Sequence record: PZ445451.1
Strand: one strand, 5' to 3'
Length of the DNA stretch: 64,000 nt
Origin: a phage
The notes beneath the pieces were generated by a model. It saw only the letters and a list, made by a program, of their open reading frames with translations, did not search any database and was not told the DNA's origin. A program made the translations under genes and the position numbers. Below are positions 52,630 through 60,403 of the stretch, piece by piece. The stretch's first letter is position 1. Each line of letters opens with the position of its first letter.

Positions 52630-53184
52630 ATGGGGCGTGAATATGTGATCCAGTCCTGGGTAAAGCATGATGCTAATGATCCGCGCATAATACCAGATGA
52701 CATGATCGATCACATGGTAGGGTATAGCGGGGAGCAGATAGGAAATCGAGCGGCAAAGAGCAACGGCAACACCAGGACGCGATCCGTTCGTCCTGGATGG
52801 CTGGCGAATGGTAACGCTGACATTGCAAGCGCCGCAGATCCAAGCGATGACGCTAAAAATAATCCCTTGTACAGCATTGATCCGGCTTTTAAGGTGTTGG
52901 AAGAGTATCCCGCTAAATTAGCCGCACTAGATAAGGCATACGAAGAAAAGCGCATGGCCTGGACTGTATACAACACCGCTAAAATGGTGCTAGATGCAAA
53001 ACTAATTAAAGCCCAGGAGAAGATCAATAAACTTGTTACCATAGCGCAAGAGGAAGACCAGGGCGACCAGGAGGAAGAGGAAGAAATCATGCCTACCCTG
53101 GAAGAGGAAGAGATCCAGCCATACATGCCGACAGAAGAGGAAAAAAGACAAGCCCTAAAAAATTATGAAAATTGCATTGTGTAA
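52630..53184 (+). CDS. Early protein with strongly acidic C-terminal tail
   Basis: 184 aa; EEDQGDQEEEEEIMPTLEEEEIQPYMPTEEE tail; ATG overlaps previous stop. Confidence 0.55.
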   Translation: MGREYVIQSWVKHDANDPRIIPDDMIDHMVGYSGEQIGNRAAKSNGNTRTRSVRPGWLANGNADIASAADPSDDAKNNPLYSIDPAFKVLEEYPAKLAALDKAYEEKRMAWTVYNTAKMVLDAKLIKAQEKINKLVTIAQEEDQGDQEEEEEIMPTLEEEEIQPYMPTEEEKRQALKNYENCIV

Positions 53185-53187
53185 GGC

Positions 53188-53243
53188 TTGACATATGCAA
53201 ACAAGCCCCGTAATATGTACCACATAAAGCGGGGCAACGCCCC
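53188..53243 (+). promoter_or_regulatory. Promoter plus short stem-loop
   Basis: TTGACA 53188-53193, 17 bp, TAATAT, then GGGGC-AAC-GCCCC hairpin. Confidence 0.5.
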
Positions 53244-53265
53244 ATAAGGTGAAATAAAAAATCAC

Positions 53266-53293
53266 TTGACACCTGAAATCAGTAAGCTATAAT
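53266..53293 (+). promoter_or_regulatory. Consensus sigma70 promoter TTGACA-16-TATAAT
   Basis: Perfect -35 and -10 hexamers with 16 bp spacer; no following hairpin. Confidence 0.65.
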
Positions 53294-53330
53294 GCTTATA
53301 TAGATTGAAACATTACTAAGGAATAAAAGC

Positions 53331-53510
53331 ATGGCTATTATTGCAAAGACTGAGATCGTAGGTTTAGATTCTATCATCCTGGCATATGAGGAAGCTATAG
53401 AAATGTATGTGGTTTCCTATGGTGATTATATCCGTGAATATAAATCTATTGATCTAGCTTTTGAATGCTATATTCGCCAGGTCAATAAAGCATATGATGA
53501 TTATCGTTAA
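53331..53510 (+). CDS. Small ORF (59 aa), not in ORF track
   Basis: ATG after GGAATAAAAGC; downstream of consensus promoter. Confidence 0.4.
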   Translation: MAIIAKTEIVGLDSIILAYEEAIEMYVVSYGDYIREYKSIDLAFECYIRQVNKAYDDYR

Positions 53511-53529
53511 AAGTTTTAGTCTTGTGCTA

Positions 53530-53558
53530 TTGACAACGAACGATAGTACAAGCATAAT
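53530..53558 (+). promoter_or_regulatory. sigma70-like promoter TTGACA-17-CATAAT
   Basis: Good -35, acceptable -10; no clear hairpin. Confidence 0.5.
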
Positions 53559-53605
53559 AACTTTTATCGGGAATACTCCTAACTAATCAAAAGAGATTAA
53601 AGACT

Positions 53606-53971
53606 ATGGCTAAAAATATCAATGTTTCTGCTTATGCTACCCTGGCTAACACTGCTAAAATTGAACTATCCAGCATTGAAGCGGTACATATTAGCGCCCG
53701 TCGCTGGTTTCAAAAGTCTTATGGTAATACTTATTTCTCTTTGATGGTTGACGTTGAGATCGGCGGTAAACTGATCGAAGTAGTTAACGTTCCGTTTCAA
53801 TATGGTTATGGGGATCATTTTGATACCGTTGCCCTAGAAGAGTTTAGCAAGGTTATCAACCTGGAAGGTAAAGAGTTTTCAAATTATGCTTACCTTTCCC
53901 GCTTTTGCCGTGATAATGGGATCGCTGTATACAGTCATGCAAGCGATGTAAAACGTAAAAAAGATTTATAA
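53606..53971 (+). CDS. Early protein, unknown function
   Basis: 121 aa ORF, RBS AAAGAG. Confidence 0.55.
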   Translation: MAKNINVSAYATLANTAKIELSSIEAVHISARRWFQKSYGNTYFSLMVDVEIGGKLIEVVNVPFQYGYGDHFDTVALEEFSKVINLEGKEFSNYAYLSRFCRDNGIAVYSHASDVKRKKDL

Positions 53972-53977
53972 AAAGCA

Positions 53978-54035
53978 TTGACAGCACGAATAAAAAGCAT
54001 ATAATACTTATATCGAGAGCGGGAATAGTTCCCGC
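53978..54035 (+). promoter_or_regulatory. Promoter plus 5' stem-loop unit (PeSL-like)
   Basis: TTGACA-16-TATAAT (53978-54005), hairpin GCGGGAA-TAG-TTCCCGC 54019-54035. Confidence 0.7.
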
Positions 54036-54059
54036 CTCACTGAAAAAGAGATTAACATC

Positions 54060-54299
54060 ATGGCTAAATCTAAAATGTACAACGGTCACAAAAATAAAAC
54101 TCATTGGAATGTAAGCCTTTGGATTAATAATGATGAATCGTTATACTTATACGCTGTAGGTTTAATAAATGAGTGCGGCAATAAAGATAAAGCGGCGGAT
54201 CTGATGTGCTACAGATTAAAACAGGATGGAATCACTCATACACCTGATGGTTTCAAGTATAGTAAAACTGCAATCCGTGCCGCTATGGTAGGAATGTAA
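54060..54299 (+). CDS. Early protein, unknown function
   Basis: 79 aa ORF downstream of PeSL unit. Confidence 0.55.
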   Translation: MAKSKMYNGHKNKTHWNVSLWINNDESLYLYAVGLINECGNKDKAADLMCYRLKQDGITHTPDGFKYSKTAIRAAMVGM

Positions 54300-54308
54300 T
54301 AAAAGCAG

Positions 54309-54368
54309 TTGACAACGTTTTTTAATCTGGTATAGTTTATCGCATAGGGCGGGAAATGGTTTCCCGCC
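54309..54368 (+). promoter_or_regulatory. Promoter plus 5' stem-loop unit (PeSL-like)
   Basis: TTGACA-16-TATAGT, hairpin GGCGGGAAA-TGG-TTTCCCGCC 54348-54368; core identical to the 51696 unit. Confidence 0.7.
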
Positions 54369-54390
54369 AAATCAAAGAAAGGTTATCATT

Positions 54391-54618
54391 ATGGCTATCG
54401 TTATTGTTCGCGTATCCGGCACGGTTGGAATCTCCCAGGTAGTAGCAGTTATCACCGAGAAGAAAGGGGATGATCTTCACTCCTCATTGAATAGCTGGGC
54501 GGTCGCTAACTTTGGGCAATGGTCGAGCGTTGAGTACATCGAATCCTACCAGGTGCCAACGATTAGCCTGACCGATCTCAACGTTGATCGTCTGTTATGC
54601 CTGGATCAATTAAACTAA
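54391..54618 (+). CDS. Early protein, unknown function
   Basis: 75 aa ORF, RBS AAAGAAAGG. Confidence 0.55.
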   Translation: MAIVIVRVSGTVGISQVVAVITEKKGDDLHSSLNSWAVANFGQWSSVEYIESYQVPTISLTDLNVDRLLCLDQLN

Positions 54619-54626
54619 AAATAATA

Positions 54627-54684
54627 TTGACAAGACAACTAAAATTAGTAAAATGTAATTCATAGGGCGGCAATAGTGCCGCCC
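54627..54684 (+). promoter_or_regulatory. Promoter plus 5' stem-loop unit (PeSL-like)
   Basis: TTGACA-16-TAAAAT, hairpin GGGCGGCA-ATAG-TGCCGCCC 54665-54684. Confidence 0.65.
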
Positions 54685-54705
54685 CTAGTAAGAGAGATTA
54701 TCAAA

Positions 54706-54921
54706 ATGGCTAATATCCGCACCTTGTTAAAAAATGCAAAGCAAGTTTTATTTTCAGATGACGAGTATTTCAACAAAGACATTACAGGCGTGAAAAATTT
54801 AAAAGACGTGAAGGATGTTATCGGTATCCGTGGATCTTTACGTAAAGGTGACATATACGGTAACAAGGTGCAATATAAACTGTCAAAAGATTATGATTTT
54901 ACTTTGACAATTATTTCATAA
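54706..54921 (+). CDS. Early protein, unknown function
   Basis: 71 aa from ATG (MANIRTLLKN); the track start lies inside the 5' hairpin. Confidence 0.5.
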   Translation: MANIRTLLKNAKQVLFSDDEYFNKDITGVKNLKDVKDVIGIRGSLRKGDIYGNKVQYKLSKDYDFTLTIIS

Positions 54922-54927
54922 AACTAC

Positions 54928-54988
54928 TTGTAAACCTGGTAAAATAAAGTAAACTATATTCATCAAGGCGGTGGAATAGCCCACCGCC
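54928..54988 (+). promoter_or_regulatory. Weaker promoter plus 5' stem-loop unit
   Basis: TTGTAA-16-TAAACT, hairpin GGCGGTGG-AATAGC-CCACCGCC 54967-54988. Confidence 0.5.
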
Positions 54989-55012
54989 TAACAAAGAGAA
55001 GAGGAAAACATC

Positions 55013-55183
55013 ATGATCACTTTCACTACCCGTGAAGCCGCTCGCAACGTTGCACGTAAAGTTAACGCCGCCAACCTGGGCGCTACGCTTAAAGCCCCGG
55101 TGAAAGATGAATCAGGAAAATGGATCTTTCCTGGTCTGCGTCACGCTGATAAGCTGGGAACATTAACGTTAAAAAATAAATAA
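55013..55183 (+). CDS. Small ORF (56 aa), not in ORF track
   Basis: MITFTTREAARNVARKVNAANLGATLKAP...; RBS AGAGAAGAGGA. Confidence 0.45.
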   Translation: MITFTTREAARNVARKVNAANLGATLKAPVKDESGKWIFPGLRHADKLGTLTLKNK

Positions 55184-55190
55184 TATCCGC

Positions 55191-55249
55191 TTGACAGTAG
55201 CATCGTTTATAAGTAAAGTAACAACAACGGCGGGAAATGGTTTCCCGCC
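55191..55249 (+). promoter_or_regulatory. Promoter plus 5' stem-loop unit (PeSL-like)
   Basis: TTGACA-17-TAAAGT, hairpin GGCGGGAAA-TGG-TTTCCCGCC 55229-55249. Confidence 0.7.
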
Positions 55250-55269
55250 ATCAATAAAGAGATAAGATT

Positions 55270-55629
55270 ATGAAATCAGTAAAAGCAATTAAAACTTACA
55301 TTGTGTCGGCTATTTCTTTTGATGGTACTACAACCGAAAAAGAAAAAATCACCGAACTGATGCGCCGTTTTAACTCTGAATACTGGTATCAATCTAATCG
55401 TGATCGTTATAATAACAATATGGTACAAGCTGTTAAAAGCTGGTTACAAGGTTTACCGTCAGATATCAATATCGCTTTTAATTATAACGAGATCGATCAA
55501 TTATTAATTGAATGGAAGTACATAAAAGAAACAAGCAAAGAAACAACCGTTACCCGTGAGCGGGAAAATTATTGGTTATATATTGCAAGCATGATCGTAA
55601 CTTTGGCAAAATATCATAACGTAGCGTAA
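55270..55629 (+). CDS. Early protein, unknown function
   Basis: 119 aa ORF, RBS AAAGAGATAAG. Confidence 0.55.
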   Translation: MKSVKAIKTYIVSAISFDGTTTEKEKITELMRRFNSEYWYQSNRDRYNNNMVQAVKSWLQGLPSDINIAFNYNEIDQLLIEWKYIKETSKETTVTRERENYWLYIASMIVTLAKYHNVA

Positions 55630-55643
55630 TCGAGAGGAAAAAC

Positions 55644-55781
55644 ATGAACGCATCACAGCAGATCGAAAAATTCAACCGCAACAAAGCGAGTAAAGATTGG
55701 AACGAAGAGATCACCAAGAAAGGCGACAAGCGGAACAAAACAAAAAGAGATCGCAGCAGCAAAAGATACTGGAACGAATAA
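55644..55781 (+). CDS. Small lysine/arginine-rich ORF (45 aa), not in ORF track
   Basis: ATG after GAGAGGAAA; followed by terminator. Confidence 0.4.
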   Translation: MNASQQIEKFNRNKASKDWNEEITKKGDKRNKTKRDRSSKRYWNE

Positions 55782-55786
55782 CAAAA

Positions 55787-55810
55787 AAGGGCGCAATAAG
55801 CGCCCTTTTA
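55787..55810 (+). terminator. Rho-independent terminator AAGGGCGC-AATAA-GCGCCCTT + TTT
   Basis: 8 bp GC stem followed by T run. Confidence 0.65.
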
Positions 55811-55899
55811 GCTTATATAGAGGCTTGTTGCTTATAGGCAAGGGTAACGCCAGGATAAGCCTATAAACCACGTTAGACGGCTTTACAGGAGCTTTAAAA

Positions 55900-56082
55900 A
55901 TGAAATTAGAGGAAATAAGCAAGGCACTAGCCCAGGGGCAAAGGTTATGCGCCCGATATCGTGATCAATATGGCTTCATAACTAGCGGCGTGATCCTGGG
56001 GATGGAAGGCAATAAGATTTTTATTGACACGTTGAAAAACGTTGTATATAGTGACAATATAATCTCAATAAAACATATATGA
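55900..56082 (+). CDS. Hypothetical small protein
   Basis: 60 aa ORF after ACAGGAG RBS. Confidence 0.45.
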   Translation: MKLEEISKALAQGQRLCARYRDQYGFITSGVILGMEGNKIFIDTLKNVVYSDNIISIKHI

Positions 56083-56492
56083 GGCAAGAAATGAAAAAAT
56101 TATTGATCGCTGGTTTACTCTCTTTTGGCATGGTTGGAACATCTAGCGCGGCGATATCCTCCACAGTAGCAGAATTAAGCGCCGTTGATGCAATGGAAAA
56201 CGTCATGATCATTAATAATGCGATCCCCGATGAAATCATGGAGGATTCACACATGATCGCTTATGGTGCTGTTACACAACTAACGGCAAAAATAGATAAA
56301 TCTATTGTTAATGGCTTAAATGAAGATGTACCATGTGAAATTATTACCAGTGTGCTCACTACTCAAAATTTTACGCCGTGGCTAAAAAGTATTCAAAAAG
56401 TACACAGTACAGCCGCAGATCGTAGCAATGAAAAACTAGTGTCAGCACTTGCAACGTATACCCTAGCAAAATGCACCGAAATAAAAGATTGA
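56079..56492 (+). CDS. Secreted/periplasmic small protein
   Basis: ATGA-coupled start; signal peptide MKKLLIAGLLSFGMVGTSSAA (second in-frame ATG at 56091 also possible). Confidence 0.55.
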   Translation: MRQEMKKLLIAGLLSFGMVGTSSAAISSTVAELSAVDAMENVMIINNAIPDEIMEDSHMIAYGAVTQLTAKIDKSIVNGLNEDVPCEIITSVLTTQNFTPWLKSIQKVHSTAADRSNEKLVSALATYTLAKCTEIKD

Positions 56493-56539
56493 CAACATAG
56501 AAAGCACGTTATAAGATACACACAACAAAGGAGAACTAC

Positions 56540-56842
56540 ATGAACGGCATAGCTAAAACGTTTTTTCTTTTTTCTGGTGTAAATGATCCATCAATAAAAG
56601 TCGATAGCGTAAAAGAAAACAATACTATCACCGCTAAATTGTTTCAAGATGAAACAAATAACGTGCTAATCATTAATCTTAAAGAAATAACAAAAGGTTA
56701 TTATACTATTGCTTACCATGCGATCTATAATGCTGGTACTAGTGAGGAAGTGCAAACAAGCAACAACGAAAGCGCGGCGCTACCTGGTGATCTGGTGCTG
56801 GGCGTTATCAGTTTAATTGTCAATGATTTTTTTAAGGAGTAA
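56540..56842 (+). CDS. Hypothetical protein
   Basis: 100 aa ORF after AAGGAG RBS. Confidence 0.5.
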   Translation: MNGIAKTFFLFSGVNDPSIKVDSVKENNTITAKLFQDETNNVLIINLKEITKGYYTIAYHAIYNAGTSEEVQTSNNESAALPGDLVLGVISLIVNDFFKE

Positions 56843-56846
56843 AACC

Positions 56847-56942
56847 ATGCCCTATTTACATTTATTTTTCGGTATCTTATTGACAGGATCTTTTTTCTTC
56901 TGTATGCTTGTTTCTATTGTAAACCACGTTTTAAAACATTAA
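56847..56942 (+). CDS. Hydrophobic micro-ORF (31 aa), not in ORF track
   Basis: MPYLHLFFGILLTGSFFFCMLVSIVNHVLKH; ATG 7 nt after AAGGAG. Confidence 0.4.
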   Translation: MPYLHLFFGILLTGSFFFCMLVSIVNHVLKH

Positions 56943-56951
56943 GGAAACAGC

Positions 56952-57071
56952 ATGAAAATTATTCCCGTACAGTATAGCGTAATAAATCCAGCATATGAGG
57001 AAGGAAGGAAAACAAGCATGGCTTTATGTTGTATTGCTACTATAGCCATGTTATTATACACTGTGTTTTAA
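56952..57071 (+). CDS. Micro-ORF with hydrophobic C-terminus (39 aa), not in ORF track
   Basis: MKIIPVQYSVINPAYEEGRKTSMALCCIATIAMLLYTVF; RBS AAGGAAAC. Confidence 0.35.
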   Translation: MKIIPVQYSVINPAYEEGRKTSMALCCIATIAMLLYTVF

Positions 57072-57100
57072 TAGGTTTTATAGTTGTACGCTTTAAAGGC

Positions 57101-57128
57101 TTGACAATTTTTTGTTATGCTTTAAAAT
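57101..57128 (+). promoter_or_regulatory. sigma70-like promoter TTGACA-16-TAAAAT
   Basis: Good -35/-10; following hairpin degenerate (CGGC-AAAG-GCCG). Confidence 0.5.
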
Positions 57129-57171
57129 ATATCTTGAAAACGGCAAAGGCCGCAAACAAAAGGGTAAAATT

Positions 57172-57495
57172 ATGAAATCTGTGATCGGTGTTTATTTGGA
57201 TAATTCTGATTTTTTCTATCATCGCGCTCGTTTCCTTGATGCTATTGATATGATAGAATCAGGCTTTAAAGAATACCGCCTTGCACATGATGACCTGGAA
57301 GCATTACAGGGCAATAGTGTTTTTACATTGCAAGCGAAAGCACTATGTAAAAGCCGGATCGACATTGCGAGCAAAAAGATAGAACGCGGCATGTCCTGGT
57401 TGCGCACCGCAGAAATCAACATGGGGCAATGGTACGGCAAAAACTTAGAAAATAAACATACCTTTGTCAATGTAGAAAATATTGAAGATTATTGA
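57172..57495 (+). CDS. Early protein, unknown function
   Basis: 107 aa from ATG (MKSVIGVYLD) after AAAGGG; track start lies upstream of the predicted transcript start. Confidence 0.5.
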   Translation: MKSVIGVYLDNSDFFYHRARFLDAIDMIESGFKEYRLAHDDLEALQGNSVFTLQAKALCKSRIDIASKKIERGMSWLRTAEINMGQWYGKNLENKHTFVNVENIEDY

Positions 57496-57557
57496 TTGAC
57501 AGCACATCTAACGAGTAGTATATTGTATCTCATAGAGCGGGGAAATGGTTTCCCCGC
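57496..57557 (+). promoter_or_regulatory. Promoter plus 5' stem-loop unit (PeSL-like)
   Basis: TTGACA-17-TATATT, hairpin GCGGGGAAA-TGG-TTTCCCCGC 57537-57557 (compensatory G:C relative to other copies). Confidence 0.7.
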
Positions 57558-57577
57558 CTTAAAAGAAGAGATAAGCT

Positions 57578-57862
57578 ATGAAGATCACAAAAGCACTTTC
57601 CAACTATGCAGCACGTCGCGGATTATGCTTATCCGTTGAAAACTTAGGGAAAGAAGATTTTTTGTGTTTTTGGGAGCTTGAAAATGAAAGTGAATGGTTG
57701 TTCTCTTATTCTATCTGCGAAGATCAAAACGGTTGTTTGTTAACCTGGCGCGGTAATATCTATCTACCGGAAGAAATCAAAGAAGAATTGCCAGGCACGA
57801 TCATGACTGAGAAACAGCTTAAGGAAGTGATTAATTTTGTAGGGCAAAACATTAAAAAATAA
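57578..57862 (+). CDS. Early protein, unknown function
   Basis: 94 aa ORF, RBS AAGAAGAGATAAG. Confidence 0.55.
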   Translation: MKITKALSNYAARRGLCLSVENLGKEDFLCFWELENESEWLFSYSICEDQNGCLLTWRGNIYLPEEIKEELPGTIMTEKQLKEVINFVGQNIKK

Positions 57863-57863
57863 T

Positions 57864-57920
57864 TTGACACTAGGCAAACAACGTAGTAAAGTTTATCACA
57901 TAGGGCGGCAATAGTGCCGC
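57864..57920 (+). promoter_or_regulatory. Promoter plus 5' stem-loop unit (PeSL-like)
   Basis: TTGACA-17-TAAAGT, hairpin GCGGCA-ATAG-TGCCGC 57905-57920; near-identical to the 51340 unit. Confidence 0.65.
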
Positions 57921-57943
57921 TCATAACAGAAGAGAAACAAATC

Positions 57944-58114
57944 ATGATCCCGACTATGTTTTATGTATCGCGCAAAGGTCACAATATTTTTTGGTCTGAA
58001 GATTTAAATGAAGCCATGACGTTTGCCCGTGATCGTGTTGCTATCGGTGGCGTTAACATTACTGTAACCGATGAAAACGGCATTGAATACTATAACGGCG
58101 ACGATGAAGAGTAA
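57944..58114 (+). CDS. Early small protein (56 aa)
   Basis: ATG (MIPTMFYVSRKG); track GTG start lies inside the 5' hairpin. Confidence 0.5.
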   Translation: MIPTMFYVSRKGHNIFWSEDLNEAMTFARDRVAIGGVNITVTDENGIEYYNGDDEE

Positions 58115-58121
58115 TTAATAA

Positions 58122-58142
58122 GGCGGGGGAGTATTCCCCGCC
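58122..58142 (+). other. PeSL-type hairpin without an upstream promoter
   Basis: GGCGGGG-GAGTATT-CCCCGCC directly after a stop codon and 20 nt before next ATG; no TTGACA/-10 upstream. Confidence 0.45.
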
Positions 58143-58161
58143 GTCAATAAAGAGGTAAATC

Positions 58162-58431
58162 ATGAAAATATCTTTGGACGTTGCAATCAAGGCCATCGAA
58201 TCCGGTTACACCCTGGTAAAAGATGATAAGGCTAAAATAGTGCATCATGTTAACAAGGAAACAGGCGAAAGCATGATCACATATAAAGCCGCCTACTTTC
58301 TCCAATCAGTAGCAGATCCGCGCGTACAACGCCAGGTTACAGCGGCTATTGCTAAAAAATTATGTGCTTTACAGGGCACAAGTTTTAACGAGATCGCCCC
58401 GTGTTTTGACTGGTCGAGCTTGAAAAAATAG
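58162..58431 (+). CDS. Early protein, unknown function
   Basis: 89 aa ORF, RBS AAAGAGG. Confidence 0.55.
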   Translation: MKISLDVAIKAIESGYTLVKDDKAKIVHHVNKETGESMITYKAAYFLQSVADPRVQRQVTAAIAKKLCALQGTSFNEIAPCFDWSSLKK

Positions 58432-58432
58432 T

Positions 58433-58494
58433 TTGACAATATGCTGTTATCTGGTAAAGTGTACGACATAGGGCGAGGCAATAAGGCAACGCCC
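58433..58494 (+). promoter_or_regulatory. Promoter plus divergent 5' stem-loop
   Basis: TTGACA-16-TAAAGT, then ATAGGGCGAGGCAATAAGGCAACGCCC imperfect hairpin. Confidence 0.5.
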
Positions 58495-58513
58495 ATTAAT
58501 GAGGGGTAGAATC

Positions 58514-58618
58514 ATGTTAGAGAAAATTTTCACGGTTGTAATAGTGGGCCTGGCGTTATCGGTTGGATTGGTTGCAACTATGGCTAACATGATCCTATCT
58601 TCCCACGGTATTGGATAA
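58514..58618 (+). CDS. Hydrophobic micro-ORF (34 aa), not in ORF track
   Basis: MLEKIFTVVIVGLALSVGLVATMANMILSSHGIG; RBS GAGGGG. Confidence 0.4.
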   Translation: MLEKIFTVVIVGLALSVGLVATMANMILSSHGIG

Positions 58619-58628
58619 GGTGAATCAA

Positions 58629-58844
58629 ATGATCACGAATAAGACAGGTAAAACAGAATTTTTACGCAGCTTGCAAATAGGTAAACCTGAGATCTGGCAT
58701 TGCACTAAATCCGCGCATAATGAAATGAAAGATTTTACCGCTACTTTACAACGTGTTAAAATATCTATCACACAGAAAAAAGCCTTGTTAGTAGTAGAAA
58801 ACGAGATCCCGCAAACCATTATTATTGTCGAGCGTACAGCATGA
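58629..58844 (+). CDS. Early small protein (71 aa)
   Basis: ATG 6 nt after AAGGTG; track TTG start less likely. Confidence 0.5.
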   Translation: MITNKTGKTEFLRSLQIGKPEIWHCTKSAHNEMKDFTATLQRVKISITQKKALLVVENEIPQTIIIVERTA

Positions 58845-59227
58845 AAACTGAAATCATTAACGAAATGATCAACGGCTATAAAGAAGCCTTTATTTTTGCC
58901 GAACCAGCGACGGATCACAATGGGGAATATATTGAGAATCTAGACGATTATGATTTTTCTCCTAGCGCCCTGAAACGTATTACCAGCGATGTGACCGCCT
59001 TTTGTAGTGCCAATGTTGCCGCTATCTCTGAGGCAATGAGCGACGGCGCTACAGCAAACCAGATCGGGAATGATTTACATTTTACCCGTAACGGTCACGG
59101 CGTAGGTTTTTGGGATCGCCCTGAAATATACACTACTAACACCGCCAACCGTTTAACTGATGCAGCTAAATTAATGCCATTGGTGCATGCTTACATTGGT
59201 GAAGATAATTTGATTTATATTGACTAA
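58841..59227 (+). CDS. Early protein, unknown function
   Basis: 128 aa ORF, ATGA-coupled to previous gene. Confidence 0.55.
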   Translation: MKTEIINEMINGYKEAFIFAEPATDHNGEYIENLDDYDFSPSALKRITSDVTAFCSANVAAISEAMSDGATANQIGNDLHFTRNGHGVGFWDRPEIYTTNTANRLTDAAKLMPLVHAYIGEDNLIYID

Positions 59228-59232
59228 AAGTG

Positions 59233-59290
59233 TTGACACCGATCCCCAATATGTTATTATTTACCACGTAAGCGGGAAATGGTTTCCCGC
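59233..59290 (+). promoter_or_regulatory. Promoter plus 5' stem-loop unit (PeSL-like)
   Basis: TTGACA-16-TATTAT, hairpin GCGGGAAA-TGG-TTTCCCGC 59272-59290. Confidence 0.7.
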
Positions 59291-59314
59291 CAGGTAATCA
59301 AAAAGGTAAATACT

Positions 59315-59704
59315 ATGCGCAACCTGGTTTCTGTTTCTAACGTTGAAAAATTTCAATCTTTACAGGGTATCGTTAACAACGTAGCGCCTTTTTTAGTCAA
59401 CGGCTTGATTGCAAAGATGAAAAATAAACATCATGCGGCATGGTCTGCTTACTGCTTTGATAATGATGAAAAAGCGGCTGAAATGATGCTAAATATGCTG
59501 TTAGACAGTGTAGAATCATCTTTACCGGAAAACATCGCAGAAGAGATCACCTATCGTTATAATATGGCGATCACTTACCAGGAGGTTGCGCAATTTAATA
59601 TGATGGACGATGACGAACAACAGGATCAGGAAATGTTTTGGGAGTATGCTGATCGTCAATCGGCTTTTGATGAAAAATTAGCGATGTATTATAACGAATA
59701 TTAA
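59315..59704 (+). CDS. Early protein with acidic segment
   Basis: 129 aa from ATG after AAAAAGG; track start lies inside promoter/hairpin. Confidence 0.55.
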   Translation: MRNLVSVSNVEKFQSLQGIVNNVAPFLVNGLIAKMKNKHHAAWSAYCFDNDEKAAEMMLNMLLDSVESSLPENIAEEITYRYNMAITYQEVAQFNMMDDDEQQDQEMFWEYADRQSAFDEKLAMYYNEY

Positions 59705-59717
59705 TACACGGTAAAAG

Positions 59718-59745
59718 AAAGGGGCGCACTAAGCGCCCTTTTTTG
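59718..59745 (+). terminator. Rho-independent terminator GGGCGC-ACTAA-GCGCCC + TTTTTT
   Basis: GC stem followed by six T. Confidence 0.65.
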
Positions 59746-60089
59746 TATTCTTTTTTCACGATGGAAACAACACGTAAAGAATAGGCGTAAAGGTGGCGTA
59801 AAACCATCTAAAACCGACTGTAACCGCTTAAACAAGGTAGGAATGATTAATCACCTTACCAGGGTGAAAAAGCTGTTATAAAGCTACCTAGAGCGTTTAA
59901 AGCACATAGGGAATAATTTGCTTTTTATCTTGCCTTTTATCCTGCTTTTGATTATTATTATGGAACGGGCGGCACCTGGGGACAGGGGAAGATAATCACC
60001 GGAAGATCCCGCTATATATTGATAGCTAATACCTATTAAACAACAAAACATCAAAGGAATAAACTATCAAATCTTTACAATCCTACCTA

Positions 60090-60150
60090 TTGACACAGGA
60101 TCACCCTTATACTAATATGTATCCCGTAGGGCGGGAAATGGTTTCCCGCT
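60090..60150 (+). promoter_or_regulatory. Promoter plus 5' stem-loop unit (PeSL-like)
   Basis: TTGACA-17-TAATAT, hairpin GCGGGAAA-TGG-TTTCCCGC 60130-60150. Confidence 0.7.
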
Positions 60151-60168
60151 TGATATAGGAATCATACC

Positions 60169-60402
60169 ATGATCGAACAAATTAAAAGCACTACACCAAA
60201 TGTTAACGGCAATGTTTCACACTTTATCGGTGATAATGAAAGGGGCACACCATACGCCGCCGTAACCGTGCAACCTAATGGCGATTATTGGTTTACCGTG
60301 TACGGATCATACTCTTTCGGACGCCCGGCACATGATAAGATCTTGCAAGCGGTTAAACCTGCGGGGAAGAATATCACAGCAGAAAAATTTTATAAAAAAT
60401 AG
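60169..60402 (+). CDS. Early protein, unknown function
   Basis: 77 aa ORF. Confidence 0.55.
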   Translation: MIEQIKSTTPNVNGNVSHFIGDNERGTPYAAVTVQPNGDYWFTVYGSYSFGRPAHDKILQAVKPAGKNITAEKFYKK

Positions 60403-60403
60403 C

